Both the position numbers and the translations under genes were made by a program. A stretch of 64,000 nucleotides of DNA, from IMG/VR virus record IMGVR_UViG_3300042691_041259, positions 96,001-160,000 of that record; one strand, written 5' to 3'. This DNA is from a virus. Lineage: Duplodnaviria; Caudoviricetes. This document shows positions 8,170 through 16,831 of this stretch, in pieces. How positions within the stretch are numbered: the first letter of the stretch is position 1; each line of letters begins with the position of its first letter. The notes beneath the pieces were generated by a model, which saw only the letters and a list, made by a program, of their open reading frames with translations, did not search any database and had not been told where the DNA came from.

Positions 8170-8949
8170 CTAGTCATTTTTAGAGTCTTTAAGGTTCTTG
8201 AGGTATTCAATGATAGGTTTTTTATTCCAGTTTTTGTGATAGTTCTCGCAAAGAAGCCGAAAATTTTCACGTTCATTGAGCAGATCAGTTCCTTCTAACA
8301 CTATTTTCTGTACTCCTTCTGGATAGGAAATCCACACTTCGGCTCTTTTTACCTTTCGGCCGGTTCTTTCTTCGTATGCAATGGAGTACGCGCCTAACTG
8401 CTTACGATATTTTTTAACTTGGTCTTCGCCTCTTGGAGAGCTTGCGCTTTTAAAGTCTCCCAGAATATCTCCATCTTCAATTTCTTCAATATACCCAAAG
8501 TCTGCCGTACCTGCAAACATACATTCATGAGACCATAAAAACTTTTCCGAAAACAGCGGTCTTTTCATCTGCTGAAACAGTTCGGATTCCAACATATTGT
8601 AAAAGAGGTCACGGCCTTTTGCAATAGTTCTCTCCTCGTATTTTCCTGCAAGCTCTTTAGAAGTTTTCTTTTGTGTGTATAAAAGGCATGCATCGCTTTT
8701 ACCATGGTAACCCATACAAATAAGGTAATTTTCCAGGAAAGTATGCATCACAGTTCCACGGTTAGCTGCATTGGAAGAAATACGTGCAAGTTCTTCAGCT
8801 CCAATATCCTCTGAAAGCTTTTCCAGCCAGGGCTGTGGCTCAGAAGAAAGCACAGTTGTTACTGATGGGTAGATGCGAATGTCTTCGCCATCCCGTACCA
8901 TGTAAACTCTCCCATGAGGAGTATCGACTCTTTTTATGTTTGCGTTCAT
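8170..8949 (-). CDS. PD-(D/E)xK exonuclease (T4-like phage family)
   Basis: YPSVTTVLS, RGTVMH, E..L, AGTAD, GDFKS, QLGAY; ATGA overlap with uvsY. Confidence 0.85.
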   Translation of the reverse strand: MNANIKRVDTPHGRVYMVRDGEDIRIYPSVTTVLSSEPQPWLEKLSEDIGAEELARISSNAANRGTVMHTFLENYLICMGYHGKSDACLLYTQKKTSKELAGKYEERTIAKGRDLFYNMLESELFQQMKRPLFSEKFLWSHECMFAGTADFGYIEEIEDGDILGDFKSASSPRGEDQVKKYRKQLGAYSIAYEERTGRKVKRAEVWISYPEGVQKIVLEGTDLLNERENFRLLCENYHKNWNKKPIIEYLKNLKDSKND

Positions 8950-9407
8950 CCTCTTCGGTATTCTTCTAAAGCTATTCGATGTTTTACTCCATAACAGATA
9001 GTGTCTATGCTTCTGAGTGTTTCCCTCATATAATCCAAATGATTTTGTAGCAGCTCTCGTCTTTCTACAATATCTGCAAGGTCAACATCAATAAACAACA
9101 TCTTTGGATCCTTATCTAGCCTTAGATCGTAATTTTGAGTATAGTGCAAGTATCTTTCCCGCTTTCTCTCTCGGTAGATTCGATTCAGTTTTGAAGAATG
9201 AGCAACAAGCTCGTGTACATAGTCTCCAGCAATCTGTCTTTGACTATATAGGTCTGTAAGAAGCTCTGCTACATCATAAATGTTTTTCAGTCTCTCAGTA
9301 AGAGAACTTACTTTGGTAGTCCACTCTTCTCGTTCTGTCGCAAACCTTTGGTAAAGGCTGTCGTTCTTAGAAGAGGCTTCCTGCACCGTTGTCTTTTCTT
9401 CTGACAT
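8946..9407 (-). CDS. uvsY: UvsY-like recombination mediator
   Basis: 153-aa helical protein with YTQNYDLRL..K..FID.D and L..IDTICYGVKHRI; sits next to uvsW. Confidence 0.65.
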   Translation of the reverse strand: MSEEKTTVQEASSKNDSLYQRFATEREEWTTKVSSLTERLKNIYDVAELLTDLYSQRQIAGDYVHELVAHSSKLNRIYRERKRERYLHYTQNYDLRLDKDPKMLFIDVDLADIVERRELLQNHLDYMRETLRSIDTICYGVKHRIALEEYRRG

Positions 9408-9538
9408 ACACGTTATTTTTAGTAGACTTCAATCGTGGTTGTTCCGCCACAAAATCGGTCAGAGTATTTATTTCAGGCAAATTTGTTTGAAAAAATGCCA
9501 GGCCTTTCAGCTTTATCGGAGCTTCCAACCAAATCTGC

Positions 9539-10621
9539 TCAGATCCAATATGCGTCATACTTATTGGTTGAGAAGAAGTCTCCGAATCTTGGGAGGCTGA
9601 TTTGTTTTCGTTTTGCATAAACTATCAGGTCGGTCAAGTCTATTTTTTTGTTGCCGTATGGTATTTTAGCGGTATCCAAGTACTTTTTCCACAAGAACAC
9701 TGGATAGCCTACTAGAAGCTTTTCCATTGAAGCCTCTCTGCCTGCGGCATCGTAGTCGTACATATACCGAACGCTTCCCATTTCAAGAGGAAAGTCAATC
9801 TTGGAAGAACATGTTGCGACAGCATTTTTAAAGAGGAAGCTATCCAGCGGGCCTTCAAATACCGTAATAGGTTGTTTAAAGTCAAGCTGAAGTATTCCAA
9901 AAGTAGTAGATATTTTGTCAATTTCCAATACATCCTCGGTAGGTTGAACACCTAAGTCTTCATAAATACGCGAAAGCTTCCAGGTCATATACTTGGGAGT
10001 TGACTTGAAATTACGTACCTGAAAACCTAATGCCCGGTCTGTCCCGGGAACCATGTGGTAAATGTAGAGCTTTTCCTTTTCGGAATCCCAAGAAAACTTG
10101 GTAAACTCCGGCTGACATCTTTTCTTTAGATACTGAAAAATACGAGCATTGTCTACTGGAACTGCTCCATAAAATTCATCCAGTGCCGAACGGCTGAGAG
10201 AAACTTTTTCAATTAGACCTTTATCAAGAAAAACAAAAGGATCAATTGATTTTGTACTAGGAGCAAATTCTTGTTGCTGGCTCTGGATGTAAATGATTTC
10301 ATTAGTGTCCAGCTGTTTAGAAAAGTCTTTGAATAATCCACGGACTGTGGTATGCTTTCCACAGTTATAGCAGTGATAGCCAAAGTTTTCCGTGTAGATA
10401 TTACCACGCTTTTTGTGGAGTTCGCTATACGAATCACCACAATAAGGGCATGCAAAATTAAGTCTTCCGACTTTCTCAGAAATTCTCCTTTTCTCGTGCT
10501 CCGGGAAGCGGCTATCTAAAATTTCTTGAAGAAGCTTTTGAATCTTTGCATTGAGCTCAGTCGGATCAACTTCCTTGGAATTAAAAGAAAAGGAGAATGA
10601 GTCAAACTCATTCTCCTTCAT
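9539..10621 (-). CDS. DNA primase (T4 gp61-like)
   Basis: Zinc finger CPYCGDS..KKRG..YHCYNC; TOPRIM VFEGPLD and YDYD. Start moved to MKENEF (10621) to avoid overlapping ssb. Confidence 0.85.
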   Translation of the reverse strand: MKENEFDSFSFSFNSKEVDPTELNAKIQKLLQEILDSRFPEHEKRRISEKVGRLNFACPYCGDSYSELHKKRGNIYTENFGYHCYNCGKHTTVRGLFKDFSKQLDTNEIIYIQSQQQEFAPSTKSIDPFVFLDKGLIEKVSLSRSALDEFYGAVPVDNARIFQYLKKRCQPEFTKFSWDSEKEKLYIYHMVPGTDRALGFQVRNFKSTPKYMTWKLSRIYEDLGVQPTEDVLEIDKISTTFGILQLDFKQPITVFEGPLDSFLFKNAVATCSSKIDFPLEMGSVRYMYDYDAAGREASMEKLLVGYPVFLWKKYLDTAKIPYGNKKIDLTDLIVYAKRKQISLPRFGDFFSTNKYDAYWI

Positions 10622-10634
10622 TGTTGGGTTTATA

Positions 10635-11567
10635 TTAGAGTGAGTCGAATAGTTCATCATCAAAAGACTTACTGTCGAAATCATCTAGATTCAAGTCCGC
10701 CAAACCATCTCCGGTTGAAGAACTGATACTCGGAAGAGAATCAGATTTTTCTACCTGTGCAGTTGTTGTTGGAGCTTTTGCTACAGATTCACGATTAGTC
10801 TTTTCCGCGCTTGCGATGACTCTGCCACCAGGAACCGTGTTACGAATTACTTCATTTACAAAGTCCTCAGTTCCTTGATCCCAGTCTTGGTAATCATAAG
10901 AAGAAAGATCTGGTGATTGATCCAAGAAAGATTTGATCTTGCCCATATCATCGGCAGTCTTTTCCATTGCCTTACCATCCAAATTTACCGGCATTCTTTC
11001 ATCCAAGAATCGGCAGTTGTCGTAGTTATTGTAACCCGCAACCTTTGTAATGTGTACCAGGAAAGGCTTACCTTCAAACAAGTCAAAAGGAATATGTGGC
11101 TTACCAAACTCAGGCTTCATTTCTGCTTGAAGTTTGTTAAAGATCTTTACGCCATACGGCCATACCATAATCTTTCCTACGTTGTCAGGATTGTTATCGT
11201 CCTTCACAATTTGTACAAGTGAAGCGAAACGCTGACGGCGAGAAAAGTTTTCCGCCATTTTCTGTTCGGCAACAGAATCAGATTTTTTAAACTTCCAGAA
11301 CATATCCTGGAGGATTGATTTTTTACCGACTGTTGAAGGGCAATCTACCATTTTAGCCTCGTCATTGGCAGGATTAACCAACCAGCATGACCACTTTTTC
11401 ATGATAGATTTTTTAGGATCTTTGTGCCAAGGCAAGAATCGAACTACTGCCTTGTAAACGCCATCGCGACCTGCATTTGCATCAGGTTTAAAGATGTTTG
11501 ATTGTCTTTTTTCTTCAACTTTAAAGTCGTCTACTGAAAGGTTGAAAATGTCATTGAGATTTTCCAT
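10635..11567 (-). CDS. Single-stranded DNA-binding protein (T4 gp32-like)
   Basis: VVRFLPW, CPSTVGK, QIVKDDNNPDNVGKIMVWPYGVKIF, FDLFEG, GYNNYDNCRF; acidic tail DDELFDSL. Confidence 0.9.
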   Translation of the reverse strand: MENLNDIFNLSVDDFKVEEKRQSNIFKPDANAGRDGVYKAVVRFLPWHKDPKKSIMKKWSCWLVNPANDEAKMVDCPSTVGKKSILQDMFWKFKKSDSVAEQKMAENFSRRQRFASLVQIVKDDNNPDNVGKIMVWPYGVKIFNKLQAEMKPEFGKPHIPFDLFEGKPFLVHITKVAGYNNYDNCRFLDERMPVNLDGKAMEKTADDMGKIKSFLDQSPDLSSYDYQDWDQGTEDFVNEVIRNTVPGGRVIASAEKTNRESVAKAPTTTAQVEKSDSLPSISSSTGDGLADLNLDDFDSKSFDDELFDSL

Positions 11568-11622
11568 TTGTTTTTTAGTGATTTTAAGTTACTTTGAGGG
11601 ATTTATTTGATTTTTATATTCA

Positions 11623-11928
11623 TCAGGGATAAAAGGTTTCCGTCCTATTTTCACTTGCCCACGTAGAGGCAATTCTTTTTAGTTCGGTTATTTCTATTCC
11701 AGACTTTTCTGATAGATTGATAAACCATTGAGATTCTGCTTTCCGTGTGTCTTCTAGTTCTTTCACAATGTCTCCTTGAAGAGCAATCACTTTCTGTACG
11801 TGATCTTCTAAATTCTTCAGCTCTGCATAGAGCTGATCATATTTGTTGACAAAATTGGCAATAGTTTCAAAATCATCCTTTTGAAACGGCTGCCCATTCT
11901 TCAACTCGATAGAGCTTTCTGAAATCAT
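11623..11928 (-). CDS. Coiled-coil hypothetical protein
   Basis: 101 aa; fills the gap before ssb; heptad-like composition. Confidence 0.6.
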   Translation of the reverse strand: MISESSIELKNGQPFQKDDFETIANFVNKYDQLYAELKNLEDHVQKVIALQGDIVKELEDTRKAESQWFINLSEKSGIEITELKRIASTWASENRTETFYP

Positions 11929-12076
11929 CGATGTTTAGTCCTTTTAGAGTTGCGAAAGATTGCTCAGCCCATTCCAGGCTTTCGCTTCTTAATTTTGCGA
12001 TCTTTTCCTTTGCCGGGTCAGATGCTTGATAAAAGTAATATGTTGTTATTGTATCTTCCATATCGTTTATATTCAT
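11873..12076 (-). CDS. Small hypothetical protein
   Basis: Start moved to MNINDMED (ATG at 12076 overlaps the resolvase TGA as ATGA); 67 aa. Confidence 0.55.
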   Translation of the reverse strand: MNINDMEDTITTYYFYQASDPAKEKIAKLRSESLEWAEQSFATLKGLNIDDFRKLYRVEEWAAVSKG

Positions 12077-12714
12077 TTGGTGTTTAAAGTTTTCTCTAAA
12101 GTTTTTGCTATCCAATACGAATCTACAATATCGTCAACGGGCTTAAGCCAGGCACCTTTCTTTGTCTGAAATTCTGCTGGTGCTGTTCGCAAAGCCTGTG
12201 CAAAAGTAGAATCACAATCTGAATTTATGAACGCCTCGATCATCTGTTCTTTCTTAAAGTTTCCCTTTCCGGCAGTTGCCTTAATGGTCATAGGAGAAAA
12301 GAACCAGAGCTGGTCTGGACTGATTTTGCAGTCCTCAATTAAAAAAGATCGAAGCAACCATTGATACCCACTAATCTGGGCTAAACGGTTTCCGCTTGAC
12401 CCAAAGGAAAATCCTTCAATTGCTATTTGATCTTCCTCGTTAAAAGACCAGGCAGAAAGCATTTTTGAAATGCTACGAGTCTGCATTAAGCCATCCTTAA
12501 TGGAAGATCTTTCACGGTCAGTAAGTTTTGCGGATTTTGGTAGTGATTGCTCATCGGGTAATGCTATTACATTTACACCGTGTTGTTGAAGCGTAAGAAA
12601 AAAGTCTTCCTTGGCTACACTTTGTCTTGCAAATGTATAGAATTTCCATTCACCTGCATCTGTAAGCAGTGTAATGGCAGGAGACTTAATTGAAAAGTCT
12701 ATGCCTGCTATCAT
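12073..12714 (-). CDS. RuvC-like (RNase H fold) Holliday junction resolvase
   Basis: AGIDFS, AIEGFS, P..IKATAGKGN, DDIVDSYWI. Confidence 0.75.
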   Translation of the reverse strand: MIAGIDFSIKSPAITLLTDAGEWKFYTFARQSVAKEDFFLTLQQHGVNVIALPDEQSLPKSAKLTDRERSSIKDGLMQTRSISKMLSAWSFNEEDQIAIEGFSFGSSGNRLAQISGYQWLLRSFLIEDCKISPDQLWFFSPMTIKATAGKGNFKKEQMIEAFINSDCDSTFAQALRTAPAEFQTKKGAWLKPVDDIVDSYWIAKTLEKTLNTK

Positions 12715-13037
12715 TTTCCGATGTTTTTACCTATTGCGGATCCCAAAGCTGTAGAAACCAATCGTGAAGTAAGCATATCATAGAGGATTCCTCTTTCAAC
12801 GCCTAATGCATTTGCAATAATTTTTCCGATTGTTGGACCTACCAAGAAACCTGCTGCGCCTCCGATGATTGATCCCAGGATCCCTTCATCAATGCTTGCA
12901 ACACCGTGTATTTCTACAGCCTCTTGAATTTCTTTGTAGATTCGTTCTGCTTCAGCCTTTTCAGATTCGTTTAGGTAGCTCAGATCCATGCTTTCTTCCA
13001 GCAATTGAACCTTACGTGATTCGTCAAATGTTTTCAT
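12711..13037 (-). CDS. Small protein with a capsid-targeting-like leader and a glycine-zipper hydrophobic segment
   Basis: MKTFDESRKVQLLEES; GILGSIIGGAAGFLVGPTIGKIIANALG. Confidence 0.65.
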   Translation of the reverse strand: MKTFDESRKVQLLEESMDLSYLNESEKAEAERIYKEIQEAVEIHGVASIDEGILGSIIGGAAGFLVGPTIGKIIANALGVERGILYDMLTSRLVSTALGSAIGKNIGK

Positions 13038-13038
13038 T

Positions 13039-13239
13039 CTATAGCAATTTTTTAAGCTCTTCTAGGAACGGCCCGTAATTACGATCGCCGTAATCATCTT
13101 CCATAATTTTGGCAACAGCCGCAGCAAAGTCTTTATATGACATGCTGTCGTCTATTTTTTCCATTCCGGCTTTTATGTGTTTAACCAAGCTGGAAACGGT
13201 TGAAGATGATTCATTGATAGCCTCGTTGAAAGATTTCAT
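13039..13239 (-). CDS. Small hypothetical protein, putative internal head protein
   Basis: MKSFNEAINES; late-promoter-like motif just upstream. Confidence 0.6.
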   Translation of the reverse strand: MKSFNEAINESSSTVSSLVKHIKAGMEKIDDSMSYKDFAAAVAKIMEDDYGDRNYGPFLEELKKLL

Positions 13240-13254
13240 GCCATTTAATTTTTT

Positions 13255-13263
13255 CTATATATC
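13255..13263 (-). promoter_or_regulatory. Putative late promoter GATATATAG
   Basis: 16 nt upstream of the 13239 start; identical to the copies at 6627, 38482 and 56746. Confidence 0.5.
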
Positions 13264-13807
13264 ACTGAAGCGTTTTGATGATTCTGATGTAGTTATACTT
13301 AAAGCTGGCAGTAAAGTTACGGAATTCCGCGGTATTTGAAGCGTAATTAAGCTCCAATTCTGATATACCTGACATTACTACCTGTTGAAAGTTGATAGCT
13401 ACAAATTCAAAACCTGTATGATCCAAAAATCCCAGATTAAGATCTGGAAGATACTTCTTTTTATTGTCCAGGTCCCAATACGCAAACATTTGGTCAAACA
13501 TAATCCAGTAGTTTATCCAGCCTTCATATGATTTAAATGTTATCGTAAACTGTCGATCCAAATATCGCTCAAATCTTTTACCACCTTTAGCAGTCACCGG
13601 TTCTTCATATAGAAGCTGTTCCACAGTATCGGCAGTAAGCGCGGGAAATGTAACCGACTGGATACTTGCGCTCATATAGTCCTCAATACTTTCATATGGA
13701 ATCGGTAGCCTTTTTAAGTATGTAGTATACTTTTCAGTAACCGTAGGATAGAAAAAGTTCTTAGGAAACCGTACAAGAAAATTGTTGTTTTTGCTATTTA
13801 ATATCAT
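13262..13807 (-). CDS. Tail-tube-fold protein (T4 gp3 tail completion or gp19/gp54-like)
   Basis: SIQSVTFP, FTITF, INYWIMFD, LGFLD, SELELNY, FTASFKYN pattern typical of tail tube/terminator proteins; 181 aa. Confidence 0.55.
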   Translation of the reverse strand: MILNSKNNNFLVRFPKNFFYPTVTEKYTTYLKRLPIPYESIEDYMSASIQSVTFPALTADTVEQLLYEEPVTAKGGKRFERYLDRQFTITFKSYEGWINYWIMFDQMFAYWDLDNKKKYLPDLNLGFLDHTGFEFVAINFQQVVMSGISELELNYASNTAEFRNFTASFKYNYIRIIKTLQ

Positions 13808-13819
13808 GGTTTGCTTTTA

Positions 13820-16030
13820 TTAGCCTCTAGTATTATCGCCAAGGCCTCCACTTGACGTGTTTGTATTTCCTTTAGTTGTAGGATTGTTAGAAGAGTTAAA
13901 CCCTTTTTCTGGTTCAGCCGGCTTTTCAACATTCGGCATAAGACTCACTTGCGGATTGTCGCCAAACATACTCAATACGTTGCTAATAAACCCTGGTATT
14001 TCTACAATGTTTGGTGTAGGACCGCCATTTGCAGCTTGCTGAATAGCAGTCTGTGTAGCGGCTTGCGCGCTGGTCATTGTAGCTTGCTCCACTTGAGTAA
14101 TTTCTTGCTGCGCTGTTTGTTGAGCATCCAATACGGCATTTGCCACAGAACTTGGAGGTTTACCACCAGTTTCCGTGGTTACAGTAGTTGTATTTCCGCC
14201 ATTCATCTGATTGCTCGCAGAAGCTATATTAGCTGTTGCCTGCGCAAGTGCTTGTTGCTTATCCTTTATTTGCGAATCTAAAGAATCTAGCACACTCTTA
14301 ATATCTTTTGTTTTTCCGTCAGCTTTGTTTTGCAGCGAATCAAATTTCCCTGAATATATCACGGTTTCGGGATTGGTTTGATTGACTATAAAATAGTCTT
14401 TGTCGGTGCTAGCCAAAATCTTTGTTGCAGAAGAAGAATCAATCTTAAATACAACTTCACCCATATTAGGATTGGCAAGATTAATGTCAATATACGCAGG
14501 GATAGATACTTTTATTCCATCCGTAGTGTTAAATGTAAGTGCAACATTACCTATAAAGGAAGACAGATCAAACGATACATTCTGACTCTTATCCGCTGAT
14601 AGCGTAAAGATTTTGAATTTTATCATATTGTCAAACGGGCCTATGTAAATTGTATTAGTCCCTTGTGGATATACCACCTCTCCAAGAGTCGCGCTTAAAT
14701 CTGCCGCGCTACTAATACTAATCATATTGATATCATAGAAAACTGGTGTAACTACGTTCTGAGTTATGATTTCTTTTGGTATAGTCAATCCTGCGATAGA
14801 TGCGTTATCCGATGAAGACATTTGTACAATCTTATTGTATACTTTCACAGGAGTAAACCCTTGTAAAACATTGATCTTCTCTAGTTGCTTTCCGTACTTC
14901 TTTACATTGGTAGAAGTATAAGAAGCTTTTCGAACAATTTCTGTGTTGTCTACTCTATTGAAAAATCTCATAGTGTAGTCAATGGTATAAGAAAATGCTA
15001 GTGATGAGTTCATAATTACCGGGCGGTAGATCATAGGTTGATCAAAGTTTCCGTCTTGTAGCATTGTCATATTAGCAGATCTTACCTGTCCAGTCCCAAT
15101 CTGCTCGTAGAGTTCTATTTGGTTAATTACTACCCAGTCACCACCTACGGAATTTAAGTCATTGATATAGACTTCCAAGAAAGCGCCATTCCATGTAGGG
15201 TAGTACTCAATATAATCATTGAATTCGTCTTCCTTAATTACCAAACCTAGCTGTGAATAGTTATCCGCTGAGTTAAACACCGCGTTGTAAGAATTTCCAG
15301 TGTACAAATACAGATTGCCGTTTAGAGTTTCCGTGTAGTCAACTTCAAACAGGTGTGCGGTGATTTGTGAATTTTGTTGGAATCCTACATTATTAAATGT
15401 GTAATTGTAACCAATAGTGTTGGTAGCAGTCGGGCTATTCCAAAAGTCTTGTTGTACTGTGTATAGTGAAGGAACCTTTACGTCAATGTATCGGTCATAC
15501 AGGCGGTCTCCTAAAAACAGAGGATTTGAATTAAACTCTATTTGCTCCTGTCCTTTAAGATATACATAATTGCATGCGTCAAACAGACGGTTTTGAGTAG
15601 AACTATTTAAAGTCCATTCTTTCCATTGCAGTTGTAAGATTATACCGTCTAACCCAGGAAAATCAAAGCCTGATAGTATGTGTAACCTTGCAGTATCATA
15701 ACGGCCAGCTAATGTAGAAAGATTAGGAGTCTCAGTTTCAACTACAAAATTTGAATTTGTAAGATAGATTGGAACTGCCGTATCAATATCAAAATATGCC
15801 CACTTATTAAGCAGTGGACCCATTCTTCCAGCCGAGCGGTCCAACACGTTTCCTGTCAGTTTTACTGAAGGATTAGTATTAAGGAACTGATAGGTTCCCA
15901 TGTACTTATTTTCCAGTCGAAGAGCGCCGGCGCTACCGGCCGCTCCTGAAATTGGAATAAGCTCGTTATTGTATTGATATTCAAGAAGAGCGTACCTGCT
16001 AATCTGTATGTATGCGGAAGTTCCTGACAT
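13820..16030 (-). CDS. Putative virion structural protein
   Basis: 736 aa, beta-rich N-terminal region, coiled coil and low-complexity T/Q/A/N tail; located in the tail cluster. Confidence 0.55.
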   Translation of the reverse strand: MSGTSAYIQISRYALLEYQYNNELIPISGAAGSAGALRLENKYMGTYQFLNTNPSVKLTGNVLDRSAGRMGPLLNKWAYFDIDTAVPIYLTNSNFVVETETPNLSTLAGRYDTARLHILSGFDFPGLDGIILQLQWKEWTLNSSTQNRLFDACNYVYLKGQEQIEFNSNPLFLGDRLYDRYIDVKVPSLYTVQQDFWNSPTATNTIGYNYTFNNVGFQQNSQITAHLFEVDYTETLNGNLYLYTGNSYNAVFNSADNYSQLGLVIKEDEFNDYIEYYPTWNGAFLEVYINDLNSVGGDWVVINQIELYEQIGTGQVRSANMTMLQDGNFDQPMIYRPVIMNSSLAFSYTIDYTMRFFNRVDNTEIVRKASYTSTNVKKYGKQLEKINVLQGFTPVKVYNKIVQMSSSDNASIAGLTIPKEIITQNVVTPVFYDINMISISSAADLSATLGEVVYPQGTNTIYIGPFDNMIKFKIFTLSADKSQNVSFDLSSFIGNVALTFNTTDGIKVSIPAYIDINLANPNMGEVVFKIDSSSATKILASTDKDYFIVNQTNPETVIYSGKFDSLQNKADGKTKDIKSVLDSLDSQIKDKQQALAQATANIASASNQMNGGNTTTVTTETGGKPPSSVANAVLDAQQTAQQEITQVEQATMTSAQAATQTAIQQAANGGPTPNIVEIPGFISNVLSMFGDNPQVSLMPNVEKPAEPEKGFNSSNNPTTKGNTNTSSGGLGDNTRG

Positions 16031-16039
16031 TCTACTTAT

Positions 16040-16831
16040 TTATTTTACTCGATAGTTTATACCAAACGTTACTCCGATACCAACATAAACCGATGGCCCG
16101 GCAGATCCAAATCCATATGAAATGTTAGGTCCTACAGTTGCTCCAAGCCCCCACTTTTTTGGAGAACCAAAAAGCGGATTATTTTTTCCAGGGATTATTG
16201 CGCCTTCAATATCGCTAACACCAAAATTAGGATGATCGCTTTTTACAAAGATCTTGTAATCATCTCCTTCTTTTGTAAGCCCGGTTACAATCTTAAAACC
16301 ATTAACATCCTTTGTAATGTCGGTTAGCCCTGGAACCACTGTGCTGTCATTTAGCAAAGTGAGTCGTGTAAACCCTTCAAGCTGTTTGAAGTTTCCAGAA
16401 GAATACATTGTGTCCATTCCCCAAGAGAGTTTGTAATTCTTAGGCCACGGGCTTTCTACAATAGTGATATCCTGATTGTCAGGAATTTGCTCTAACAGTG
16501 TTCTTAATCCGCGATTTTGCGACTTTAATGAAGCATTAGTAGAAGTGAGTTGTAACACATTACCTTTTTGCTTTGCCACTTCTGCTGCAAGTTCCGCATT
16601 AAGTTTTTCCAACTCTTTTTTGGTAGCAATAAGGGTAAGCTTCTCAGTTTGGATTTCGCCAGCACGATTTTTGGTCTCACGAATAGTATCTAAAAGAGCC
16701 TTTTCATTTTGCTGATGTCTTTCAACTTGACTTTTTAAGTCCGTGGAAGATCCGCACTCTTTTAACAGCAATATCAGTAATATGATGATTGCCGCAAAAA
16801 GAACTGTATTTGTGTTAAGTTTAAATTTCAT
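16040..16831 (-). CDS. Membrane-anchored coiled-coil protein, possible unimolecular spanin-like lysis protein
   Basis: N-terminal hydrophobic helix ending in Cys (LFAAIIILLILLLKEC), coiled coil, C-terminal amphipathic beta strands KKWGLGATVG..VYVGIGVTFGINY. Confidence 0.45.
   Translation of the reverse strand: MKFKLNTNTVLFAAIIILLILLLKECGSSTDLKSQVERHQQNEKALLDTIRETKNRAGEIQTEKLTLIATKKELEKLNAELAAEVAKQKGNVLQLTSTNASLKSQNRGLRTLLEQIPDNQDITIVESPWPKNYKLSWGMDTMYSSGNFKQLEGFTRLTLLNDSTVVPGLTDITKDVNGFKIVTGLTKEGDDYKIFVKSDHPNFGVSDIEGAIIPGKNNPLFGSPKKWGLGATVGPNISYGFGSAGPSVYVGIGVTFGINYRVK

Noticed and set aside
8170-8949. Cas4 or CRISPR-associated call for the exonuclease
   Set aside because: No four-Cys Fe-S cluster, no cas genes and no repeat-spacer array seen; context is uvsW-uvsY recombination.
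9539-10684. Track start for primase at 10684 (also 52988 for gp25 and 12115 for the small ORF)
   Set aside because: These starts overlap the upstream gene; downstream ATGs at 10621, 52967 and 12076 remove or minimise the overlaps.
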